A stretch of 64,000 nt of DNA, taken from positions 1 to 64,000 of the IMG/VR virus record IMGVR_UViG_3300049001_000080, one strand, 5' to 3'. Positions 45,293 through 54,968 of the stretch are shown here, one piece after another. The notes below the pieces were generated by a model. It worked only from the letters and a program-made list of their open reading frames with translations. It was not told the origin of the DNA and ran no database searches. The position numbers and the translations under genes are program-made. Every line of letters begins with the position of its first letter. Position 1 is the stretch's first letter. The DNA is from a virus.

Positions 45293-47697
45293 AGCGCCGC
45301 CCCCCGGGGGAGGCCCTTGATGCCGTCGCGCGGGCCGATCGTGGACCAGCCGATCACCCTGGCCGTGGTGGCGAAGCCGCCGCCGGTCCGGAGGTCGAAG
45401 GTGTGCTCGACCTCCTGGACGTACCCCTGGATGCCGTAGGTCGGCAGCACCACGAGCATGCCGGGGTACAGCTCGGGCATGAAGGTCAGCGGCAGCGACG
45501 CGCTGTACTGCGAGGCCCAGTTGAGCATGAACCGGCTCACGGCGAAGAAGAACTCCTGCCGCGGGCCGGTGATGTCGTCCATCGGCTCCCAGACCGGCCG
45601 CGCGCCGTATCGGCGCAGGAACGCCTTGCCGTTCTCGCGGAACTCGGCCCGGTCGACCTTGAACAACGCGCGCATCAGCGGCGCGAACTCCACGCTCGCG
45701 ATGCCGGCGGTCGAGTACTGCTGGTAGATCGCGGTGGAGTCGCCCAGCCCCTCGACGCCGGTCGTCGAGGACGTCACGAACCAGTGCGTCTTGAGGTTGG
45801 CGTCGCCCTTGGCGACCGAGAAGCCCTGCTGGATCTCGATCGGCTGGATCACCATCTTGGCCGCGGTGCCCCACCAGCCGAAGTAGTCCGGGAACCAGGC
45901 GATGAAGTCGCCGTTGGGCGCCGAGCAGTAGCTACGCAACCCGGCGGCCATCAGCGCGGCGACCGTCTCCATGATCGGCTTGTCGTTCATCAGCGCGCGG
46001 ATGCCGCCGAGCAGGTCGCCGCCGAAGTCGGCGCTGCCGATCCACTGGAAGACGTTGAACAGCGACGCGCCCAGGCTCGGGCTCGACCCACCTGAGCCGG
46101 AGGCCGACGTCGGGTCGCCACCCGCACCCGTGCCCGCAGTGCCGGCGTAGTCGAGGTCCGGCACCAGCCCGGCGTGTGTCCAGTGGTTGGAGGCGAACGC
46201 GAAGATCCCGCACCCGTCCTGGGTGCCGCGCGCCTCCGCAGTGGTGCCGTTGCCCATCGAGACGCCGACGTGGTGGATGGCGCGCGGGTCGCCGTTGTCG
46301 GTGACGAAGACCAGGGCGCCCTTGGTGGTCTGCGCCTGCGAGACGGGGATGGGGCGGCACGCCGCGTACTGGTACTTCGCGCCGTCGACGAACGCGCCCG
46401 CCCCGATCCTGCTATGTGCCCATTTGACTAGCTCACTACAGTCCAAGGCGTCGGGGTCCGGGTCGGCGGCGGAGGCGGTGGCGCCGAAGAGGTACGGGTG
46501 CCCGAGCCGGCACCAGGCCGCCGCGACGTCGGCGAGAGAGGCCGCCGAGCGCTGGTTGGCCAGCGCGGCCCCCAGGCCGGTCGCCAGCGAGGCCCCGGAG
46601 GTGGAGCCACCAGAGGTGACCAGCGAGCCGGTGGCGGTGTCCACGGGCCCCACGGGCATGCCGGAGGGCGCGAAGGCGACGCTCACCTGCCCGCCGCCGG
46701 CCGGCAGCCCGAGCGCCTTGAGCGCGGCCGGGCTGGTGTCGGCGATGTGCGCGGTCGAGGCGTCGTAGTCGACCGGCCCCCAGCCGAGGCCGGCGAGGCA
46801 GACCGCCTTGTTCGTCTTGGGGTTGACGATCAGCATCCGCCGGCCGGTCCACCACGCCCGCGCCCGGCCCTGGTCCACCCCCGGCACGGGGGAGAGCTGC
46901 TGGTCGCCCGGGAACCGGTGCTGGCGGCTCAGGTAGGGCCAGCGCATGGCGACGTAGTACGGGCTCGCCCCGGGGTTGGCCGAGCGCGCGTCGAGGTGGT
47001 CGACCCGCGGGCTGTAGGCGCCGATGGTCCCCGAGATGTCCGGCAGCGCGCCGGTGCCCGGGCCGTCCCCGGCGATGAGCTGGGTGCCGCGCTCGACCGG
47101 CGAGATGCCGGACACGTAGCCGTGGCTGCCGACGTGCGCGACGAGCTGGAGCTTGGTGGCCTCGCCGATCAGGTCCCGCGCGACGCCGGCCACCACGGTG
47201 AACCAGTCGTCGGGGATCGCGCCGATGTGGACCTGGGCCCTCGGCCAGCCGGCGACCTCGGTCAGCAGCCGGAGCGCTCGCTTGGCCAGCCCGCCGTCGG
47301 TGATGTCCGCGCGGTTGGCGACGTCGCCGAGGTAGAGCATCTGGTAGGCGGCCTCGGTGCTCGGGTCCCACTGCCAGTACTGGAGCCGCTTGAGGGTGCA
47401 GCTCGCCGTGAGCACGACGGCGCCCGGCACCGAGGAGAACGCCGGCACCGAGTCCAGGTAGCCGGTGAGGCACAGCAGCCGCTTGATCCTGGTCAGGTAG
47501 ATCACGATCCGGTCCATCGTGTCGAACAGGCCGTCGTACTTGCGGCCGGTGTTCTGGAGCGTCAGCGTGGCCGAGGAGACCCCGTCGACGACACGGGTCG
47601 CACCGCCCATCGTGATGTCGTCGCTGACGTCATAGATCTTGCCGTCGGACGCGGCGATGTGCGCCTCTACCCTCGGCGAGTAAACGAACGTTGACAC
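45289..47697 (-). CDS. Baseplate hub with inserted DPBB (RlpA-like) and NlpC/P60 peptidoglycan hydrolase domains
   Basis: PY.FG...LDCSELV.W...G.LVF...HVG; YVAMRW...V.NP.T.K.V...WGP...D.SP.A...LG. Confidence 0.8.
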   Translation of the reverse strand: MSTFVYSPRVEAHIAASDGKIYDVSDDITMGGATRVVDGVSSATLTLQNTGRKYDGLFDTMDRIVIYLTRIKRLLCLTGYLDSVPAFSSVPGAVVLTASCTLKRLQYWQWDPSTEAAYQMLYLGDVANRADITDGGLAKRALRLLTEVAGWPRAQVHIGAIPDDWFTVVAGVARDLIGEATKLQLVAHVGSHGYVSGISPVERGTQLIAGDGPGTGALPDISGTIGAYSPRVDHLDARSANPGASPYYVAMRWPYLSRQHRFPGDQQLSPVPGVDQGRARAWWTGRRMLIVNPKTNKAVCLAGLGWGPVDYDASTAHIADTSPAALKALGLPAGGGQVSVAFAPSGMPVGPVDTATGSLVTSGGSTSGASLATGLGAALANQRSAASLADVAAAWCRLGHPYLFGATASAADPDPDALDCSELVKWAHSRIGAGAFVDGAKYQYAACRPIPVSQAQTTKGALVFVTDNGDPRAIHHVGVSMGNGTTAEARGTQDGCGIFAFASNHWTHAGLVPDLDYAGTAGTGAGGDPTSASGSGGSSPSLGASLFNVFQWIGSADFGGDLLGGIRALMNDKPIMETVAALMAAGLRSYCSAPNGDFIAWFPDYFGWWGTAAKMVIQPIEIQQGFSVAKGDANLKTHWFVTSSTTGVEGLGDSTAIYQQYSTAGIASVEFAPLMRALFKVDRAEFRENGKAFLRRYGARPVWEPMDDITGPRQEFFFAVSRFMLNWASQYSASLPLTFMPELYPGMLVVLPTYGIQGYVQEVEHTFDLRTGGGFATTARVIGWSTIGPRDGIKGLPRGAAL

Positions 47698-47700
47698 CGG

Positions 47701-48330
47701 CTACCTCGGGACGTCGCGGCCCGGGCGGGCCGGCTGCTCGTAGGGCGGCACCTCGGTGACGTCCGGAACCGCGCCGGCCGGGGTCGGGTCGTAGAAGGTG
47801 CCCTCCAGGCTCTCCGCGCCGGCCCGCTGGGTGCCGGACGGGTAGAAGTACGGCGCGTCGGCCAGGTCCTTGCTCGCCGGCCGGTAGTACGAGACGCCGA
47901 CCCCCGGCACCGGGTCCTGCGCGCCCTCGAAGCCGAGGTCGACGTGGTAGGCCAGGTCTCCCACCGAGGCGCCGTACACCAGCGGGCCGACGAGGACGCC
48001 GTAGCGGGCGAAGCGTCGGTCGGGCACCTCGACGTAGGCGTACCCGCTCGTGCCGCGCGCCGCCGTGGCCCGCGCCATGTACTCGGTCGCCCAGGCGTTG
48101 AACGCCTCGCGCAGCGACCAGGAGGCGAAGACCGCGGAGACGACGAAGCTGGGCGAGGCCCGGTACATCGGGTAGAGCGACCGGGAGCGGGCCGCCTCGT
48201 CGTCGCGGGCGCTGACCTCGACGCCGTACGACAGCCGGGTGCACATGAGGACCCGGGACCCGTAGCCGCGGACGCTGAGCCGGCAGTTGTAGCCGACCGC
48301 CGCCCCCGGGAACGTCGCGGCCTCAGCCAT
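47701..48330 (-). CDS. Tail module protein
   Basis: Position, GC3 bias. Confidence 0.6.
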   Translation of the reverse strand: MAEAATFPGAAVGYNCRLSVRGYGSRVLMCTRLSYGVEVSARDDEAARSRSLYPMYRASPSFVVSAVFASWSLREAFNAWATEYMARATAARGTSGYAYVEVPDRRFARYGVLVGPLVYGASVGDLAYHVDLGFEGAQDPVPGVGVSYYRPASKDLADAPYFYPSGTQRAGAESLEGTFYDPTPAGAVPDVTEVPPYEQPARPGRDVPR

Positions 48331-48532
48331 CGAGGCCCCCGGGCGGTCCGTAGCCGCGGCTGAGCAGCTCCTCGCGGTCGACCTCGGTCAGGTCGTGCAC
48401 CAGCCCAGTCGCGATGAACGCCAGCCCGCCCAGGTCGGCCTTGGCCCCGGGGTCCGCGTCGATGGGCTGCGGCATGGAGATCGGCACGTCGGCGCCCCAC
48501 TGGTCCTCGCTCGATCGCCCTGGCGCCGTCAT
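48323..48532 (-). CDS. Small hypothetical tail-module protein
   Basis: TGATG coupling to the upstream gene. Confidence 0.5.
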   Translation of the reverse strand: MTAPGRSSEDQWGADVPISMPQPIDADPGAKADLGGLAFIATGLVHDLTEVDREELLSRGYGPPGGLDG

Positions 48533-49530
48533 CAGTACCCCACGTAGCGCCGGCCGGCGCGCACCGCGACGACGCCCGGGACCTGGTCGTAGGAGTCGTA
48601 CTTGCTGGTCACGTAGCCGTAGTCGGAGACCAGGTTGTCGACTGGGTCGAGGATGTTGCCGTGCCCGAGCAGCGCGTGCGCGGCGAAGGTGTCGTCGCGC
48701 ATCTGCATCAGGCCCTTGGTCGGGTGGCCGGCCCGGGCGTTGCTGTCGCTGTTGTTGACGGCCTGCGGGTTGCCGCCGGACTCGTGGTCGATGATGATGC
48801 CGATCGCCTGGCGCTCGCTGGCGGTGAACGTGACGCCGAGGACCCGCTGCGCCTCGTCGACCCACCCCTCGACGCCGTTCGGCTGGCTCACGGTCGCCCC
48901 CGATCCCTGCGTCGTAGGCGGGGCGCTGGACACGCCGGCCGCCTGGTTGAACTGCTCGGCGAGGTAGCCGTGGAGGTCGCCGCCGAACGGCGCCAGGGTC
49001 CTGTCCACCTCGGCCTGCGTCATCGGGCCGTTGTAGGCCGACTGCTTCCAGCCGACCCCGCTCATCAGCCGTGAGATGTAGAGGTCCCGGATCCCCGAGA
49101 CCACGCGGCGGGTCGAGTCCTGCACGACGAACAGGACGAGCGTCCAGCTCGGGTTGAACGTCGTGCTGTCGTGCGTGACGGCGGGGCCGTCCGGGCCGGT
49201 GTAGGCGCGCACCAGCACCTGGAGGTCCCACCGGCGGGGCGGGTAGAGGAACCGGATCGGCCGCCCGCCCGACGTCCGCACGGAGGCGTCCACCCAGGAC
49301 TCCACCTGCCGCCGGAACCGCTCCTGGTCCTGCCAGCCGGCGACGTCGCCCCGGGCCCGGTCGCCGTACCCGAACACCCCTGTCACCGTCATGTCGCCGA
49401 GCTGGGTCCCGTACACCTGGACCACGTCCCCGCCGACGGTCCGCTGGTGCGACACCTTCATCTGGAACTGCCAGGAGACCGACCGCGGGTCGATGCGGAA
49501 CAGCAGGTTGCCGAGGCTGGCGATCCCCAC
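48532..49530 (-). CDS. Tail tube-initiator-like protein with SLT lytic transglycosylase domain
   Basis: HESGGNPQAVN..D.NA..G.P..GLMQ...TF...DPVDN. Confidence 0.85.
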   Translation of the reverse strand: MGIASLGNLLFRIDPRSVSWQFQMKVSHQRTVGGDVVQVYGTQLGDMTVTGVFGYGDRARGDVAGWQDQERFRRQVESWVDASVRTSGGRPIRFLYPPRRWDLQVLVRAYTGPDGPAVTHDSTTFNPSWTLVLFVVQDSTRRVVSGIRDLYISRLMSGVGWKQSAYNGPMTQAEVDRTLAPFGGDLHGYLAEQFNQAAGVSSAPPTTQGSGATVSQPNGVEGWVDEAQRVLGVTFTASERQAIGIIIDHESGGNPQAVNNSDSNARAGHPTKGLMQMRDDTFAAHALLGHGNILDPVDNLVSDYGYVTSKYDSYDQVPGVVAVRAGRRYVGY

Positions 49531-49531
49531 C

Positions 49532-51988
49532 TCAGTTGCCGGTCGCGTTCGGGTATTCGTAGGGCGTGGACGGGAACGGGGCCGCGGGCACGCCCTGGCG
49601 CCGCGCCTGGTCCACCGTGACGCCGCCGGAGGTGACGATGCCGAGGATGCGCCGCAGCTCGTCGGTGGCGTAGATCGTCACGGTGCCGGTGACGCCGGCC
49701 TGGCTCGGGTCCTTGGAGCCCTTCGGCGCCGCCCTGCCCGACGACGTGACCGCGGCGCCACGGTCGCCCATCTGGCCGGTGGCCTGCGCGACCGTCTCGC
49801 CCGTCTGCTGGATCACCACGTCGCCGCGGCTGAGCTGGTCCTCGAAGCTCTTGAACGCCTCCTCGAAGCTGACGGCCTTCGAGCCATCCTTGGTCTGCAC
49901 GACGAACGACTTGTCCCTGAGCCCCTTCTCGTCGCGCAGCAGCGCCTCCAGGATCGCGCTGCGCTGGCCGGTGCCCGGGTCGGTGACACGCATGTGCGCG
50001 TCCGTCGAGCCCTCCACCCGGCCGAGGTAGGCCTGCCCCGCCTTGGAGAGGTCGCCGACGCTCGACGCGCCCAGCTCCTTGGCGATCTGCCGCTGCTGCC
50101 CGCCGATGGCCCTGGCCGTCTCGCTGTCCCCGCCCTTGACCTGGCGCTGGTCGCGCACCGTCAGGATCTTCTGCCCACCGATGGTCGAGCCGCCCCCGGG
50201 GAGCTGCGGGGTGGACAGCGCCTTGTCGAACCGGAACCCGCCGAGCGCCACCTTGGCGGCGACCTCGTAGACGTTGGCCGGCGTGACGCCGCCGATGCCC
50301 ATGGCCTGCGCGACCGCCATGAACTGGGTCGGGTTGAGCATCCCGCGCTCGGCCATCGTCCGCCCGATGCTGGCCGCGTCGCTCTCGGTGAGCTGGCCGC
50401 CGGTCTGCGCCATCGCGCGCTGGGCCTCGCCGTGCGCGAACTGGAGCGCCGACCCGCCGAACACCGAGTCGCGCACCCGGTCGACCTGGCTCTGGAGGCC
50501 GCGGCCCAGCAGCGACGGGTCGTCCTGCGCCTTGGCCGCGTAGGCCATGGGGCTCATCCCGAGCTGGGAGGCCTGCATCATCATGGCCGGCTGGCTGAGC
50601 ATGCCGGTGAAGTCGAGCTGGCTGCCGAGCAGCCTGCCCTGCTTGCTGACCTCCTGCTGGATGCCGGCGGCGATGGCCGGCGCGGAGCTGCCGCCGGTCA
50701 CCTGCGCCTGGACGGTGCCCAGGGTGTTGGCGAAGGCGCGCTGCACGGTCTGCACGTTCTGGCCGGTCTCGCGGGCGGTCTTCGAGACCTTGTCCAGCGC
50801 GCCGGTCAGCGAGGAGAACTCGGTGACCCCGTTGCGGACGCTGGCCTCGATCAGGGCCAGCGAGTCGGCCACGTCCATGCCCGTCTTGCGGAACTGCTGG
50901 GTCGCGAAGTCCAGCGCCCCCTGGCGCTCACCGCCCTGGAGCCCGGCGGCCGTGGTGCCCAGGTAGAGCGACCGGGCCTCCTCGCCCTGCATGACGCCGA
51001 ACTGGCTCAGCTCGAACCCCATCTGACCGACGCGCTGGCGGAAGCCGGAGGTCGGGTTGGTGAGCGAGAAGTTGTCGCCGCCGGTGATCTGCTGGTAGGT
51101 GCGGTTGGCGTCGCGCTGGCGCTCCAGGAAGCGCGCGCCCAGCATCGCCCCGCCGGCCGCGAACCCGACCGGGCCGGCCACCCGCCCGAGGCCCGGCAGC
51201 GCCGCGCCCAGCGACTCGCCACGCGCCACCGCGCCGGCCGCCGCGAGAGCGTTGGCCCGCGCGTTGAGCACGCGCCCGCGCAGCGGCCCGGCCTGCTCCG
51301 CCGTCGCCTGCCGGCCCTTACCGGACCAGCGGACCCAGGTGTCCTCGCCCTCGACCTGCTCCCAGCCGGACTGGGCCTGCGCGTCCTGGAGCCCCTGCGC
51401 GAGGTGGCCGGCGGCGCGCTGGCCCATCTCCGCGAGGCTGAACGAGCGGAAGGCCTCGCGGGGCGACAGCGAGGACAGCGGGCGCGGGCCCTCCGGGACG
51501 CCGGGCGCCATCTGCTCCAGGGTCGGCGCGTGGCCGGCCGAGACCTGCGACGCTGTGATCGACTCGGGGGCGTCCAGCGGGTGCGGCATCCCCGGCCGGC
51601 CTGGCGCGGCGCCCCGCATCGCGGCGGTGATCTGGGCGGCGGCCTGCTGCACCGAGGCGGCCAGCTCGCGCATCCCGACCCTGATCTCGCGGAAGGACTG
51701 CTCGATGCCGCCGCCCATCATCTGTCCGTGCGTGGACAGGTCGTAGGCCTGGCGCATCTGCTGGCGGATGATCGCCTGCGCCACCGGGTCGCCGGTGATC
51801 TGCGGGGTGAGCCCCGGCACCGTGCCGGCGCCGTAGAGGCCGCTGTCCTGGGGCGAGGGCATCATCAGGCCCGGCGGGAGCAGCGGCAGCCCGCTGGGGG
51901 ACAGTGGCTGCGAGGTCGAGGACTGCACGGTGTTCGGGACCATCGGCTGCCCGTCGGGGCCGGTGGCGTAGGGGCCGGTCACACCCAC
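49532..51988 (-). CDS. Tape measure protein
   Basis: 818 aa, A/G/Q-rich helical; follows the chaperones. Confidence 0.8.
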   Translation of the reverse strand: MGVTGPYATGPDGQPMVPNTVQSSTSQPLSPSGLPLLPPGLMMPSPQDSGLYGAGTVPGLTPQITGDPVAQAIIRQQMRQAYDLSTHGQMMGGGIEQSFREIRVGMRELAASVQQAAAQITAAMRGAAPGRPGMPHPLDAPESITASQVSAGHAPTLEQMAPGVPEGPRPLSSLSPREAFRSFSLAEMGQRAAGHLAQGLQDAQAQSGWEQVEGEDTWVRWSGKGRQATAEQAGPLRGRVLNARANALAAAGAVARGESLGAALPGLGRVAGPVGFAAGGAMLGARFLERQRDANRTYQQITGGDNFSLTNPTSGFRQRVGQMGFELSQFGVMQGEEARSLYLGTTAAGLQGGERQGALDFATQQFRKTGMDVADSLALIEASVRNGVTEFSSLTGALDKVSKTARETGQNVQTVQRAFANTLGTVQAQVTGGSSAPAIAAGIQQEVSKQGRLLGSQLDFTGMLSQPAMMMQASQLGMSPMAYAAKAQDDPSLLGRGLQSQVDRVRDSVFGGSALQFAHGEAQRAMAQTGGQLTESDAASIGRTMAERGMLNPTQFMAVAQAMGIGGVTPANVYEVAAKVALGGFRFDKALSTPQLPGGGSTIGGQKILTVRDQRQVKGGDSETARAIGGQQRQIAKELGASSVGDLSKAGQAYLGRVEGSTDAHMRVTDPGTGQRSAILEALLRDEKGLRDKSFVVQTKDGSKAVSFEEAFKSFEDQLSRGDVVIQQTGETVAQATGQMGDRGAAVTSSGRAAPKGSKDPSQAGVTGTVTIYATDELRRILGIVTSGGVTVDQARRQGVPAAPFPSTPYEYPNATGN

Positions 51989-52365
51989 TCACCTACCTCG
52001 GTCGCCATGACGTCCCCGGTGCTGTGCGTGGCGATCCACCGCTCCAGCTCGGCCCGCTCGGTCTCGGACGCCGGCACCCGCCACTCGACGTCGGGCTCCG
52101 CCCGCGGGTCGTCCTCCTCGCCGCCCGCGGGGAACCAGCGGGGGAACAGCGCGCGGACCCGGTCGGGGTGGTTGGCGGCGATCCGCGACCGCAGCTCGTC
52201 GAGGAAGCCGCGGGCCTGGTCACGACGCTCGACCATCATCAGCATCTGGAGCCCCAGCTCCTGCACGCGGGACAGGCTCGCTCCCCGTAGGACGCCGCGT
52301 CGGTCGGCTAGGCGGAGCTGGACCTCCAGCCACGGGTCCACCTCCCCTAGCCGGAAGCTTTTCCC
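51979..52365 (-). CDS. Tail assembly chaperone, -1 frameshift extension (gpGT)
   Basis: -1 frame open from slippery GGGAAAA (52359-65). Confidence 0.8.
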   Translation of the reverse strand, partial: GKSFRLGEVDPWLEVQLRLADRRGVLRGASLSRVQELGLQMLMMVERRDQARGFLDELRSRIAANHPDRVRALFPRWFPAGGEEDDPRAEPDVEWRVPASETERAELERWIATHSTGDVMATEVGEWV

Positions 52366-52862
52366 ATTGCCTCCAGCACCCTGCGCACGAGCAGCTCCAG
52401 CTCGATGTACTCCTGGTAGACCCGGTCCAGCACCGGCGGGAACCACCGGTCCATCACGTACTGGAAGTTGGTCTCCAGCACGCCCTCCGCCCCGGCGTCG
52501 GAGAGCAGCGGGACACCGGGCAGCGGCCGGCCGTCGGCCGAGACCACGCAGGCCGCGACGATGGCCCCCTGGCAGGCCTTGAGGTACCCATCGGTCTCCG
52601 CGTACCGCTTCGTGATCAGGGACGTGGCCACCAGCTCGCCGCTGCGCAGCGTGCGGATCTTGAACCGGTGCCCGAGCCAGGTGAACTCCTTGGCCAGCGC
52701 GCCCAGGTAGAGCAGCCCGGCGAACTCGTCGCGCCAGCGAGGGTCGAACTCCGGCAGCGGCGGCCCGGGCGTCGGGTCCTCGCTGGCCGGCTCGGTCGGG
52801 CGCGCGGCCTCGGGCGGCTCGTAGCCGGAGTAGAGGGCGTCCTCCAGCGGGTCGTCGCTCAA
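52347..52862 (-). CDS. Tail assembly chaperone (gpG)
   Basis: Between tube and tape measure; ends MGKASG. Confidence 0.8.
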   Translation of the reverse strand: MSDDPLEDALYSGYEPPEAARPTEPASEDPTPGPPLPEFDPRWRDEFAGLLYLGALAKEFTWLGHRFKIRTLRSGELVATSLITKRYAETDGYLKACQGAIVAACVVSADGRPLPGVPLLSDAGAEGVLETNFQYVMDRWFPPVLDRVYQEYIELELLVRRVLEAMGKASG

Positions 52863-52884
52863 CCGGCCCTCCTAGGAGGATGCG

Positions 52885-53385
52885 TCATAGCTTCGTTGTG
52901 TGCGTGTATGCGACCTGGATCTGCTTCTGTACCGATAGAGCACCGATTGATACGGTGTCGCCCGACTGGATGTTGACGACGGTGCAGCGGTGGAACACGG
53001 TCCCGTACCGGGCGCCGTTGGGCGGGTCGATGATCTTCGTGCAGGTGACGTACTGCGGGGTCTGCGCGAGGCGGTCGAAGATCTCGACGATGGTCTTCGT
53101 CCCGGTGAGGCCCTGGAGCTGCTCCCAGACCTGCTGGTTCCACAGCTCGCGGATGCCGAGGGTCAGCACGCCGCCGTCCAGCACGCGCGAGGTGACGATG
53201 TCGATCGGGTGCCGCGAGCCCAGCGGGGTGATGAACTCGAACCCCGGTCCGCCGTTGCTCACCGCGGCCTGGCCGGTGTCGTTGATGATCTCCAGGTAGG
53301 CGATGGCCTTGCCGGCGTAGGTGAAGGTCGTGTAGCCGCTGCCGACGACCCTGACCTTGGCGGTGGTCTCGCTGGGGGACGTCAT
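52885..53385 (-). CDS. Tail tube protein
   Basis: 166 aa beta-rich protein directly after the sheath. Confidence 0.75.
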   Translation of the reverse strand: MTSPSETTAKVRVVGSGYTTFTYAGKAIAYLEIINDTGQAAVSNGGPGFEFITPLGSRHPIDIVTSRVLDGGVLTLGIRELWNQQVWEQLQGLTGTKTIVEIFDRLAQTPQYVTCTKIIDPPNGARYGTVFHRCTVVNIQSGDTVSIGALSVQKQIQVAYTHTTKL

Positions 53386-53410
53386 CGGCTCTGCGGTCCT
53401 CCTCTGGCCG

Positions 53411-54901
53411 TCACGCGGCCACCGTGGCGCTCAGGTCCTCGGTGGTCCCGGTCGCCACGTTGATCGAGAAGCTGACGACCAGGTAGTTCAGGGGGTACGC
53501 CGGCTGGTAGGCGAACTTGACCTCGACCACCGACGGGTCGATGCTGCGCTGTCGGACGGCCAGCCCGGTGTAGCCGACGATCGTGCCGACGATGACCGCG
53601 TGCTCCAGCAGGCCGGAGACCACCGACTTGACCGTCAGCGTGGTGGTCGTGTCGATCGGCTGACCGATCAGGCCGGAGTTGTTCAGGCCGGTCTCGCACA
53701 GCGCCACCAGGGCGTCGCGCGCCCGCACCACCGACAGCTCCTTGGTGTTGATCGAGGTCGTGTCGGTGGTCAGGCTGTGGCGCACCACGAGCTGCCCGGC
53801 CCGGTCGACCTCGACCAGGAGCACGCCCGCCGCGGCGTACTGGTTCTTCGCGCTGGTCGACGGAGCAGTGCCGGACAGGCCCGTGAAGGAGCGCACCAGC
53901 TCGCGCGTCAGCGCCTTCTGCACCGGCAGCGCGGCGGCCCGCCCGGCCAGCGCCGCAGCCAGGTACTGGTGGCCGAGCGAGAGGTACTGGAGCGAGCCGC
54001 CGTTGTAGTAGCTCATCCCCTGCGAGCCGGCGTAGACGAGCGCGAGCCGCTTGCTGCGGAACCCGCCGCCGGAGACCAGGGTGTCCGGGGTCGTGCCCAC
54101 GCCCGCGTCGAACCCGAGCATGCCGGTGCGGAAGTAGCCGTCGGCGGAGGCGGCCGTCAGGTGCGTCGACAGGTCGACGCCGACCCCCGCCGCGTCGGCG
54201 GCGATGACGTCGTCGGTGAGGGGCACGACGACGCTCACCGAGTAGTCGGTCGCGACCTTCGCGTAGGCGGCGCTCAGGGCCGTCTTGCGTGCCGTCGAGA
54301 TGGCCCCAGAGGTGGTCGCGCCGGACCCCGGCGGGGTGGTGGCGCACAGGACCAGCTCGCCGGACCCGTTCTCGAACGCGATCTTCGCGGCCAGGCTGAG
54401 GGGGGAGGTGACGCCCTTGTACCCGACCTGCCCGAGCGACGGCGGCGTGAGGTTGAGCGGCTCGCCGTAGGCGTCCTTGACGTCCTCGTAGCTGCTGTAC
54501 CTGGTCGGGTCGTAGTAGGTCGGCTCGGCGTAGTGGTAGGTCGCGAAGACCGGCGTGTCGCCGCTGAGCGTGCCGCCACCGGCGCGGGTGATGTCGGTGT
54601 AGTAGTCCTGGTTCGTCGACGGCGAGCTGGTCGTGGTGACCACGTAGTCGGACGAGACCACCACGGCGCCGGTGTCCACCCGCGTGATCACCAGCGTGGC
54701 GCCGTCGAGGCCCTTCTTGGCGAACCGCCAGGCCGGCGAGGTCGCCAGCGTGAACTGCTCGCTGCCGGACCGGTAGCCGACCGCGGGTCCGACGATGGCC
54801 ACCAGGGTCGGCGGTAGCCCGGAGGTGGATGCCAGGGGCGTCACGACCTCTTCGATGTACACACCGGGAGCCGTGTACCCATGCGCGAAGTCCTGGACCA
54901 C
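53411..54901 (-). CDS. Tail sheath protein
   Basis: PGVYIEE N-terminus; ELSVVRARD; V.F.Y.PAYPLNY C-terminus. Confidence 0.92.
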   Translation of the reverse strand: MVQDFAHGYTAPGVYIEEVVTPLASTSGLPPTLVAIVGPAVGYRSGSEQFTLATSPAWRFAKKGLDGATLVITRVDTGAVVVSSDYVVTTTSSPSTNQDYYTDITRAGGGTLSGDTPVFATYHYAEPTYYDPTRYSSYEDVKDAYGEPLNLTPPSLGQVGYKGVTSPLSLAAKIAFENGSGELVLCATTPPGSGATTSGAISTARKTALSAAYAKVATDYSVSVVVPLTDDVIAADAAGVGVDLSTHLTAASADGYFRTGMLGFDAGVGTTPDTLVSGGGFRSKRLALVYAGSQGMSYYNGGSLQYLSLGHQYLAAALAGRAAALPVQKALTRELVRSFTGLSGTAPSTSAKNQYAAAGVLLVEVDRAGQLVVRHSLTTDTTSINTKELSVVRARDALVALCETGLNNSGLIGQPIDTTTTLTVKSVVSGLLEHAVIVGTIVGYTGLAVRQRSIDPSVVEVKFAYQPAYPLNYLVVSFSINVATGTTEDLSATVAA

Positions 54902-54968
54902 GTCGCCCCCTCCGCGCTCGGACAGCCCCTCTACCTCTTCACGAGGGGCCGCCCGCCGCGCGGACAGG

